29,348 nt of DNA from Promethearchaeota archaeon (GTDB lineage Archaea > Asgardarchaeota > Hermodarchaeia > Hermodarchaeales > Hermodarchaeaceae), in NCBI GenBank assembly GCA_048938295.1, contig JBHLMI010000001.1, positions 1 through 29,348 on the forward strand, given 5' to 3'. The translations under genes were made by a program, and so were the position numbers. Under the pieces are notes generated by a model that searched no databases, had not been told where the DNA came from, and saw nothing but the letters and a program-made list of their open reading frames with translations. Shown piece by piece: positions 1 to 7,191 of the stretch; position 1 is the stretch's first letter, and every line of letters begins with the position of its first letter.

Positions 1-713
1 TCCAATCGGTTTCGCATCTCATCTGCTTCTTGAAGGCATCTGACGTACATCTGATGGGCTTCATCAATTTCAGAACGTGCTGGTCCAAGTCCTTGGGATA
101 ATTGAAGCATACTATGATGGGTTTGTTGAGCTTCATCTACCAGTGCAATCATCCTTTCATGATGTTGTTGTGCTCGGTCCCGGGTTTCCTGTATTTCTTG
201 CCAGAGCTGCTCCATTTCTTCAGACTGATTATGTGGATCGGTCTGCTTTATTGGCGCGGTTTCCATTGACTTTACCAACCTGTCCATCTCATCTAGTAAC
301 GCTCTCTCTTCATCCACTGATAATGAAGTGGTTTGTTGCTTCCATTCCAACTCGCGAAATCGACGCTGCAGCTCTTCTAATGGCACGATGTTTCTCTGGG
401 TATCTCGCTGTTCTTTTAGCTCTTGGAGTTGCTCATGTAATATCCGAGCCTGTTCATTTGCCTCATCGCGGAGTCTTTTCTGCCGTTGAACCTCTTCGTT
501 TAGCTCATCTCTGGTAGCTCGTCGGTTGGTAAGTTCATCTTGTACCACAGGAGTTTCTGCGCGTAAAGCATCTCTTCGATCCCGCCACTCCCAGGCTTGA
601 TTCTTTGTATCCCAGATGCCCCGCATTAATACACGCATAGCTGCCTGCGTTTTACGTAGCTGTTCTAAAATGACTCCAAACTCATCTAGTTCAGTCGCGG
701 AATCCTCTACCAT
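1..713 (-). CDS. Archaeal long coiled-coil protein (COG1340-like), truncated by the window edge
   Basis: Hand translation from ATG at 713 is open to the window edge: MVEDSATELDEFGVILEQLRKTQ...RRATRDELNEEVQRQKRLRDEANEQ...LQRRFRELEWKQQTTSLSVDEERALLDEMDRL... E/Q/R/L heptad-rich. The LEWKQQTTSLSxxEER motif is typical of this archaeal family (recalled). It is missing from the ORF track because it has no stop in the window. Confidence 0.85.
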   Translation of the reverse strand, partial: MVEDSATELDEFGVILEQLRKTQAAMRVLMRGIWDTKNQAWEWRDRRDALRAETPVVQDELTNRRATRDELNEEVQRQKRLRDEANEQARILHEQLQELKEQRDTQRNIVPLEELQRRFRELEWKQQTTSLSVDEERALLDEMDRLVKSMETAPIKQTDPHNQSEEMEQLWQEIQETRDRAQQHHERMIALVDEAQQTHHSMLQLSQGLGPARSEIDEAHQMYVRCLQEADEMRNRL

Positions 714-822
714 AATATCCACATTACAATCGATTATATGCTACGAAGTTCTTGTAGCTCAGGTCCACTTTGCCTAAATCTTTTTGGTCTCTCAGGCGAC
801 AACTCGATATGGTGATGACGTA

Positions 823-1971
823 TTGACAATTCCTTTGCTTAACTTGGGCGAGAAACTTCATCTGGTGCGGCAACACATGTCTGAATCCGATTTAGATGCG
901 TGGCTAATCATCGACTTTCGAGGAAGCGATCCCACTGGCCCTGTGCTACTTGGAGAACTCACCCCTCATTCACGTTCATATGCCATACTTATCACTCCTT
1001 CTGACCCTATCATTATTATCAAATCCCCTGTTGAAAGCAATGAGCTCATTGGTCTCCATCCCTCTCTTCAGATACTCGATGCGCGAACCCAAGCCTCATT
1101 CTTTCAAATGATAAAACAGCAAACTAAGGGGCTAAAGCGCATCGCGCTGAATTACAGCGAAAATCCCCAGACAGATGTCTTATCAGCCGGTCGATTTGTC
1201 AATCTTCGAAAAGTCCTTACTAGAATGGATTATCAATCAGGGGAAAATCTAATGCAAATAATTCACTCGGTATTAACCGACGAGGAACTAGCCAGTCATA
1301 ATCGTGCTGCCCTAACATTGACAAATATCATGAAACAGACCTTTGATTATGTCAAAGATCGTTTGGGATCCATTACAGAGGAGCAGGTTGCTGACTATCT
1401 GCAGGAACAGCTTCGACAAGAAGAACTTACCTTCGTGGATGTACCCATGGTAGCGGTTCAAGCCAATTCCGCTAATCCTCACTACACTCCCGGAAATGTC
1501 ATCATCAAAAAGAATCAGCTACTCATGATAGATCTATGGGCAAAATGGGAAATCTTTGCTGATATCACACATATGGCCTACACAGGCTCAAAGGTTCCTG
1601 ACGAGATTCAGACAGTGTGGAACACCATAAGAGAGGCTCGAGACGTAGCCGCTGCTTCCATAAAACCTCGTATACCCGCGAGAATCCCCGATGAGCGAGC
1701 CCGGAAAATCCTAATCGCGGCTGGCTTCGAAGACGCCATCTTACACAGAACTGGACACAGCATAGATGTCAGGTCCCACGGTAGAGGGGCCAACCTTGAC
1801 AGTTACGAGATGCCTGAAACCAGACTTTTACTACCGAATACCCTCACTTCGGTGGAACCTGGTATTTACCTCAAAGGACGCTTTGGCGTACGGAGCGAAA
1901 TCAATGTCGCAGTAACTAAGACAGGACATAGAGTCACTACACCGCCACAAGAAAGCTTATTGTGCCTATAA
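823..1971 (+). CDS. M24-family (Xaa-Pro-type) aminopeptidase
   Basis: Pita-bread metal ligands in IDLWAK, ADITHM, HRTGHSID, SVEPGIY and GVRSEIN; N-terminal DxWLxxDFRGSDP motif. Start placed at TTG 823 after SD GGTGAT (811-816); the track start TTG 784 is an alternative. Confidence 0.92.
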   Translation: MTIPLLNLGEKLHLVRQHMSESDLDAWLIIDFRGSDPTGPVLLGELTPHSRSYAILITPSDPIIIIKSPVESNELIGLHPSLQILDARTQASFFQMIKQQTKGLKRIALNYSENPQTDVLSAGRFVNLRKVLTRMDYQSGENLMQIIHSVLTDEELASHNRAALTLTNIMKQTFDYVKDRLGSITEEQVADYLQEQLRQEELTFVDVPMVAVQANSANPHYTPGNVIIKKNQLLMIDLWAKWEIFADITHMAYTGSKVPDEIQTVWNTIREARDVAAASIKPRIPARIPDERARKILIAAGFEDAILHRTGHSIDVRSHGRGANLDSYEMPETRLLLPNTLTSVEPGIYLKGRFGVRSEINVAVTKTGHRVTTPPQESLLCL

Positions 1972-2028
1972 AATAATAAAGGAACATAATCTGCTATTTA
2001 GAAATACTAACCGGCGGGATAACACATC

Positions 2029-2817
2029 ATGGCGGATAAATTTGTGCTACTCCTCGAATTTTCCTCAGGAATTATTGAACCCTTACCCCTATCAACAGAA
2101 GCCCTCACCGAAGACCGAATTGTTATTGCCATTGACGAGCTAAAAGAACGCGTCTGGCTGTGGCAAGGCGCCTCCACCTCTCTGGTTGAACGTCGAGCGG
2201 CCCAACGGAAAGCCCGGTCCCTTGTCAGTGCTGGCTATCAACTAGGACCCTATCGCATTGGACGAGATGTCACCAACATAGAAATCATCGATGGAGAAAT
2301 ACTTGACGACCCTGAAATCAAAGGCTTCTATGATCAATTAGTGCACACGTTAAGCCAGCAGTTCAAAATCACCGAAGGCGTTCTTGGTCGGTTTGGTGGA
2401 ACCCCTTCTCCGGCTCCTGAACCTGCTTCTCCTGCACCTCGACCTACAACACCTGCACCTAAACCCACTCCAACAGAAAAAATCCCGCCACCTACCGCCG
2501 CCAAAACTGAAACGGTGACAGTTCAGCCAAGAACTGAAACCGTGGCCCCCGAACCCTCTCGTGACCTACAAGATCTAGGGGTGATTCGTGTAGGGATACT
2601 TATCTCATCAATACTAGACTTTTTCCCAATGTGCTACGTCAGTGCAACAAAAATCGAAAATGGCACTCGGTATTCAATTGAAGATCCCGAGGGAGTTATC
2701 TGCCAAATTGAGGTCAGTCAAGGCTCAGTCCAATTCTTACAACGATACGACTTTCGTGGAAGACGCAATGACATATTGGGGCTGCTCCGTGACCGACTAG
2801 CCTCAGCAGACCTGTAA
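2029..2817 (+). CDS. Asgard-type single-gelsolin-domain protein with Pro-rich linker and C-terminal X domain (1DGelX-like), paralog A
   Basis: LTEDRIVIAIDELKERVWLWQGASTSLVERRAAQRKARSL matches the gelsolin-repeat core (hydrophobic strand-D...hWhWxG...S...ER..A...A). Linker TPSPAPEPASPAPRPTTPAPKPTP; C-terminal helix + beta-meander domain. Confidence 0.78.
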   Translation: MADKFVLLLEFSSGIIEPLPLSTEALTEDRIVIAIDELKERVWLWQGASTSLVERRAAQRKARSLVSAGYQLGPYRIGRDVTNIEIIDGEILDDPEIKGFYDQLVHTLSQQFKITEGVLGRFGGTPSPAPEPASPAPRPTTPAPKPTPTEKIPPPTAAKTETVTVQPRTETVAPEPSRDLQDLGVIRVGILISSILDFFPMCYVSATKIENGTRYSIEDPEGVICQIEVSQGSVQFLQRYDFRGRRNDILGLLRDRLASADL

Positions 2818-3034
2818 TCCCACGAAACTCAGCAAAGCTTTTTGCAGTAACTGTATCAGTTTATCTTGCCAATCAATCCCTTGGGTCAACTTAATAAATA
2901 AAGTATCAAATTCTAAAGCAGACCTTGAGAGAAAATACCTACTCCTCAAGCTTTGGGCGAGTATTTCGGGGTCAAAATCTGTGCACCGAATGCTGTGTTT
3001 CATACTAAATGGGATCCATTAGGATGTTAAGCAC

Positions 3035-3751
3035 ATGACACGAGTTATAATGTTAGAAATAGGGGGCTTGGGCTTTGTTCGGTCAATCCGACCTGGCGCT
3101 CGAAAGCTTCGAGGTGATGTTTGCGTCGCTGTTGTTGACGAAAAAAATAAGGCACTTTGGTTCTGGATGGGTAGCGGCGTACAATACGATAAACGTCGCA
3201 CAGCCAAAGCAAAGGCAGAAGAAATCGCCTTGGAAGGACACCGAATCGGCGATGAATTACTGGGACGTGGCTTCTCACTAGTACCCATTGACCAGGACAG
3301 CATAGATGACCCCACCACCTCAAACAACTACAATAATGTCATTGCCTTGTTAGAATCTCCCATGGAAATCACCACAGAGGCAAATCCCAAAGGCACACTC
3401 ATCATAGGACACCTTCAAGGAGCCACTCCAGCTGTTCAAATTGCTACTAGTGAACCAACCTCAACCACCACTCCAGTTACACCCATTAAAACTACAACCC
3501 CAACAGCGGCAAGGAAAATTTCCAAACTTGACCTAGAAGCTGCCTTGATGGCGATCATACGTGTTCATCAGCAAGTGCACATCGAATATAAGAGCAAAGG
3601 TGACACCGAAGAACTCCTCATTGAAGGTGCTGACGGTCTAACACATCAAATGAAGCGCAGTAAAGGAAGACTCACCTTCAAATGGGACCCAAAAACTCCC
3701 AAAGAACTCAAAGACTTGGTCGCCCACGAACTCAAAGGCCTAGCAGGCTAG
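3035..3751 (+). CDS. Gelsolin-like domain protein with Thr-rich linker and C-terminal domain, paralog B
   Basis: LRGDVCVAVVDEKNKALWFWMGSGVQYDKRRTAKAKAEEI matches the same core and shares the GxxhGxxxhG hairpin with paralogs A and C. Linker TSEPTSTTTPVTPIKTTTPT. Confidence 0.68.
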   Translation: MTRVIMLEIGGLGFVRSIRPGARKLRGDVCVAVVDEKNKALWFWMGSGVQYDKRRTAKAKAEEIALEGHRIGDELLGRGFSLVPIDQDSIDDPTTSNNYNNVIALLESPMEITTEANPKGTLIIGHLQGATPAVQIATSEPTSTTTPVTPIKTTTPTAARKISKLDLEAALMAIIRVHQQVHIEYKSKGDTEELLIEGADGLTHQMKRSKGRLTFKWDPKTPKELKDLVAHELKGLAG

Positions 3752-3778
3752 CCGATAACAAAGCAAAGGCTGGGGATT

Positions 3779-4366
3779 ATGAGCTCAATTCCTTTTGCCT
3801 TGGCTCTAATAACATCCTACGCGCTCATTGGGGCAGGCATTAAACTTGTTGATCAGGCCGTTGATGATCCAAGCTGCATTCGATTCCGCAAGCACCTTCT
3901 GTGGTTGGTTGTAGCTGGCCTAATTATTCTGGTCAACATCTGGGTCTTCCTTGATGTCTACACTGCCGTTTTGGCACTAGGAATCATATTGAGCCTCATT
4001 GCTTCGCGTAAGATTGACAATACCTACTTCATACTCCTCGCAATCACCGTCTTCCCCCTCACTCTCTTTCGATTTTTCGATATTAGCATTCTAATCTTAG
4101 TTCTTCCTACTCTCATTGCCATCTTCATTGCGTCGCTGCTTGACGAGGTGCTTCATGCACACGCATACAAAATTCAAAACGCTGCTTTACGCCGTTTTCT
4201 ACTACACCGTCCTATATTGAAAATTTGCGTTGTGATTCTCCCTTTGTTTGGGTTACTGACGTTTATTCACACAATTGGTTTTTGGTGCTTTGACATCGCG
4301 TATGACGCCTTGGCTTACTATTTTGGCGCCAAATCGTTTCCAAACGCTGAGATTGCCCCGACTTGA
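3779..4366 (+). CDS. Uncharacterised polytopic membrane protein (about 5-6 TM)
   Basis: Several 20-residue hydrophobic segments with polar motifs KLVDQAVDD, SRKIDN, SLLDE and FDIAYD; 27 nt downstream of paralog B. Confidence 0.8.
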   Translation: MSSIPFALALITSYALIGAGIKLVDQAVDDPSCIRFRKHLLWLVVAGLIILVNIWVFLDVYTAVLALGIILSLIASRKIDNTYFILLAITVFPLTLFRFFDISILILVLPTLIAIFIASLLDEVLHAHAYKIQNAALRRFLLHRPILKICVVILPLFGLLTFIHTIGFWCFDIAYDALAYYFGAKSFPNAEIAPT

Positions 4367-4397
4367 CTACTATTATCGGGTCATTCGACACTGGTTT

Positions 4398-4446
4398 GGA
4401 AAGGTTTAAGTCGGCTCGTTTATCAAAGAATGACACCTAGGTGAGG
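4398..4446 (+). promoter_or_regulatory. Putative BRE/TATA element and SD for the 4454 gene
   Basis: GGAAAGG-TTTAAG (4398-4410) lies about 44 nt upstream of the ATG, and AGGTGAGG (4439-4446) lies 7 nt upstream. Confidence 0.55.
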
Positions 4447-4453
4447 CTACATC

Positions 4454-4696
4454 ATGAAAGCAAACATTTCGCTTTCCTACAAGGGGATTAACCGAGAGGA
4501 AACCGCAACTAAAACCGGTTGGATCAATCTCCTCCTCAACCAGCATGGACGCATCATCAGTAAATTACCGTTGGGGGAAGGACGGTACCATTTCATAATC
4601 GAACTCGATGACCTGGAACGATTCACTCAGTCACTTTTCGAATTCACACGCCAGAATCCCTGGCTCCGTGTGGAAAAAGTTTCAGCCCATGCATGA
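4454..4696 (+). CDS. Small (80 aa) protein with an ACT/ferredoxin-like beta-alpha-beta-beta-alpha-beta pattern
   Basis: Fills the gap between genes and has a strong SD. Alternating strand/helix pattern: KANISLSY / TGWINLLLNQH / RIISK / RYHFIIEL / LERFTQSLFEF / LRVEKV. The fold is inference. Confidence 0.65.
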   Translation: MKANISLSYKGINREETATKTGWINLLLNQHGRIISKLPLGEGRYHFIIELDDLERFTQSLFEFTRQNPWLRVEKVSAHA

Positions 4697-4709
4697 AACA
4701 ATATTTTTT

Positions 4710-6143
4710 TCAGGTTAGCACGAACCGCTGCCCTATCCTAGGTGCTACAGCAGGACACCTAACAAGACGTTTAGCTGCATTTACGAGACTCTGACACGCC
4801 TGAGGACTTCCATGAACACAAAAAATTGTCTTTGGTGGATTTTCTCGAAGCGCCGATAAGAACCCATATAACTCCGTCTTATCCGCATGGGCAGAGAAGC
4901 CATACAATCTTTCTACCCGCGCATTCACTCGTTTTCTTTGACCATAGATGCTGACCGTTCTAGCTCCATGGACAATGCGGTGACCAAGGGTTCCTGGAGC
5001 CTGAAATCCAATTACCATCAAATTAGTGTTTTTATCCTCAATTCGCCTGAAGAGATGTCGAACAATACGCCCTCCGTTCATCATTCCGGATCCTGCCACA
5101 ATCATGATCGGGCCCCGTTGTTGGCTCAAGTTATTGCTGTCATACTGGCGTTCAACATATTGCAGGCCTTTGAAATCCAGCGGTGCGTCTCCGGATTCTA
5201 TCAGGTTCCACGTTTCCTCATCAAAGCATTCTTTATGGCGTTTGAAAATCTTGGTTGCTTTGATGGCTAATGGTGAATCGATGGCAACTGGAATGATGGG
5301 AACGCGTGCATTTTCCACTAGTAAGTTAAGGGCATAGATGAGGGCTTGTGTGCGACCAATGGCAAAGGCTGGCACCAAGATGTGGCTGTGGTGTCGATGG
5401 GTTTTGATGATGATTCGTTCAAACCGCTGAATTGCTCTTGAAAGTAGCTCGTGGTTCCGATTTGCATAGGTGGATTCGCACATTAGGTACGTCGCAGCCG
5501 AGGGGAAATCTGGATCCCGAATAATGGGGGCGTTCCTTCGACCAACGTCTCCAGTGTCAACGAGGTGAATCACCTTTCCATACTCCTCAATCCATGTTTC
5601 GACAATCGAGGACCCAAGAATATGCCCGGCATCTCGAAACTGCAAGGTTACGTTCCCAGACAGCGCTTTTTTCTTTCCATACTTGACAATCCGCAGCTGT
5701 CTGATAGTCTGTTCAGCATCGGGGGTCGTAAACAAGGGCTCTGTTGAATAGATATGATCACTTGTCTGGGGTTGCCTATTTGACCGTGCTCGTGTCGCCT
5801 CTTCCTCTTCACTTTCAGCAACATCTCTGAGAAGCAGCGAACACAGCTCGGAGGTGGCAGCAGTAACGTAGATGGGTCCGCGGAATCCTGCACGCACAAG
5901 GATAGGTAGCCGTCCACAATGATCAAGATGCGCGTGAGATAAAATAGCATAATCGATGGCAGATGCATCGAAGTGTAGGGTTTGGTTGCGCTTATGCTGC
6001 TCTGCCGGGTTGCCTTGAAAAAGGCCACAATCAATGAGAAAATTCGCAGTCTTGGTCTTGATTTGAAACAGGCTACCTGTAACGGTGTGTCCAGCACCAT
6101 GAATGGTTAGTTCCAATATGGAAAGCTCCTTTTTGGAAATCAA
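4710..6143 (-). CDS. Beta-CASP metallo-beta-lactamase ribonuclease (bacterial YSH1/TTHA0252-like, no KH domains)
   Basis: Motifs GxxxTVTGS, IDCGLFQG, SHAHLDHCGRLP, AGHILGS, TGDVG, ESTYA, PAFAIGRTQ, GSGMMNGGRI, GFQAPGTLG, FSAHAD and VHG. The start may be TTG 6116 (SD AAGGAG). Confidence 0.93.
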   Translation of the reverse strand: MISKKELSILELTIHGAGHTVTGSLFQIKTKTANFLIDCGLFQGNPAEQHKRNQTLHFDASAIDYAILSHAHLDHCGRLPILVRAGFRGPIYVTAATSELCSLLLRDVAESEEEEATRARSNRQPQTSDHIYSTEPLFTTPDAEQTIRQLRIVKYGKKKALSGNVTLQFRDAGHILGSSIVETWIEEYGKVIHLVDTGDVGRRNAPIIRDPDFPSAATYLMCESTYANRNHELLSRAIQRFERIIIKTHRHHSHILVPAFAIGRTQALIYALNLLVENARVPIIPVAIDSPLAIKATKIFKRHKECFDEETWNLIESGDAPLDFKGLQYVERQYDSNNLSQQRGPIMIVAGSGMMNGGRIVRHLFRRIEDKNTNLMVIGFQAPGTLGHRIVHGARTVSIYGQRKRVNARVERLYGFSAHADKTELYGFLSALRENPPKTIFCVHGSPQACQSLVNAAKRLVRCPAVAPRIGQRFVLT

Positions 6144-6161
6144 GGTGTTTGTAGTTAGAGG

Positions 6162-7094
6162 CTAGGCAAAGAGGTCGAATTCAGAGGATCCACCTTTCTC
6201 ATCTTCTTCCTCTTCCGGTTCCTCTTTCTTGACGGAAGTTGGCTCTGCGTCTTGCTTATTATCCTCTTTTGGTTGTTGACTGATTTGGGATAATTGTTCA
6301 CGCATGGAATCAACCACTGAAGCCGGCTTTTCGTCTGTTGAAGTTGTTGGTTCAGCAATTTGTAAGGTGGACGCAACGTAGATTTGTCCATCTGAAGTAA
6401 GTTGGGGTTGCTGTCCAAAACATCGGGCAAACGCATCGATATCTTCCTGAGTTGCCCCTCGTATCTCAGAAAACAGAATTGCGTCTCCTTGGCAGATGAA
6501 GCGTAATTGTAAACGGAGTACGGAGACCTGAAATTCGCTAGGTCCAATTGGATTCATTGTTGCTTGTCCGTAACAATCTGATACCGCGAAAAGAACTTTT
6601 GTCGCCAATTGCTCCTCATATGTTAAAATCCGACGACGAATGGGGGTGACTTGGCGGATGGGTTCAGGTACTATTGTCTGTTCAATGACTTCGACTTTAT
6701 CTTGGAAGGATTCTTCAAATGTCGAAATCTCAACCTCTTCTTTGGTGACAACAAGATAATCAGAAGCCTTTGGATGTTTTTCAAGGAGCTTGTTGAGGAG
6801 AGCCACCTTGGGGCTATTCAAATTTCCTGGCACTTCAATGAAGGTTGTGCATTTTGTGCCAAAGTGGGTATCTCCGACATGGGTGCCATTTTTCATGATA
6901 AAGCGGGCCTGCCGCAGTGCAGTGGTCCGCTGTAACATGGTTGTCCCACGTCCTAGCCATACCCAGACAATGCCCTCGGTCTCGTCAACAATGAGTATTG
7001 ATCGTCCGTCTACTAGATGCTTGGGATTCCAGTGGAGCGGTTGCATCTCGCCCCCTTCGCCCAGGACTTCAATCATCCCGATGTACTGTTTCAT
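6162..7094 (-). CDS. Gelsolin-like domain protein with C-terminal domain and acidic tail, paralog C
   Basis: LVDGRSILIVDETEGIVWVWLGRGTTMLQRTTALRQARFI matches the gelsolin core; the protein ends EEPEEEEDEKGGSSEFDLFA. ATG 7094 follows SD GGTGAT; the track start GTG 7106 is an alternative. Confidence 0.7.
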   Translation of the reverse strand: MKQYIGMIEVLGEGGEMQPLHWNPKHLVDGRSILIVDETEGIVWVWLGRGTTMLQRTTALRQARFIMKNGTHVGDTHFGTKCTTFIEVPGNLNSPKVALLNKLLEKHPKASDYLVVTKEEVEISTFEESFQDKVEVIEQTIVPEPIRQVTPIRRRILTYEEQLATKVLFAVSDCYGQATMNPIGPSEFQVSVLRLQLRFICQGDAILFSEIRGATQEDIDAFARCFGQQPQLTSDGQIYVASTLQIAEPTTSTDEKPASVVDSMREQLSQISQQPKEDNKQDAEPTSVKKEEPEEEEDEKGGSSEFDLFA

Positions 7095-7191
7095 TTTATG
7101 AATCACCGCTAGACCGTGCCATGCTCATGCAGCCACACGCTGTAAGCTCTTGTTACATATGAGGTGGGGAAGCCTATAAGAAATTGTTGTG

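Noticed and set aside
77-517. 146-aa + strand ORF, and the many other short alternative-frame ORFs in the track (e.g. 4887-5270, 15804-16262, 22734-23243, 23807-24418, 27619-27957)
   Set aside because: They lie antisense to or out of frame within well-supported genes and have no recognisable motifs, so they are shadow ORFs. The long antisense frames in the thiolases follow from the C-ending codon bias.
4710-6143. Beta-CASP as aCPSF1/FttA terminator or as an anti-phage nuclease
   Set aside because: It has no N-terminal KH domains and no neighbouring defence genes.
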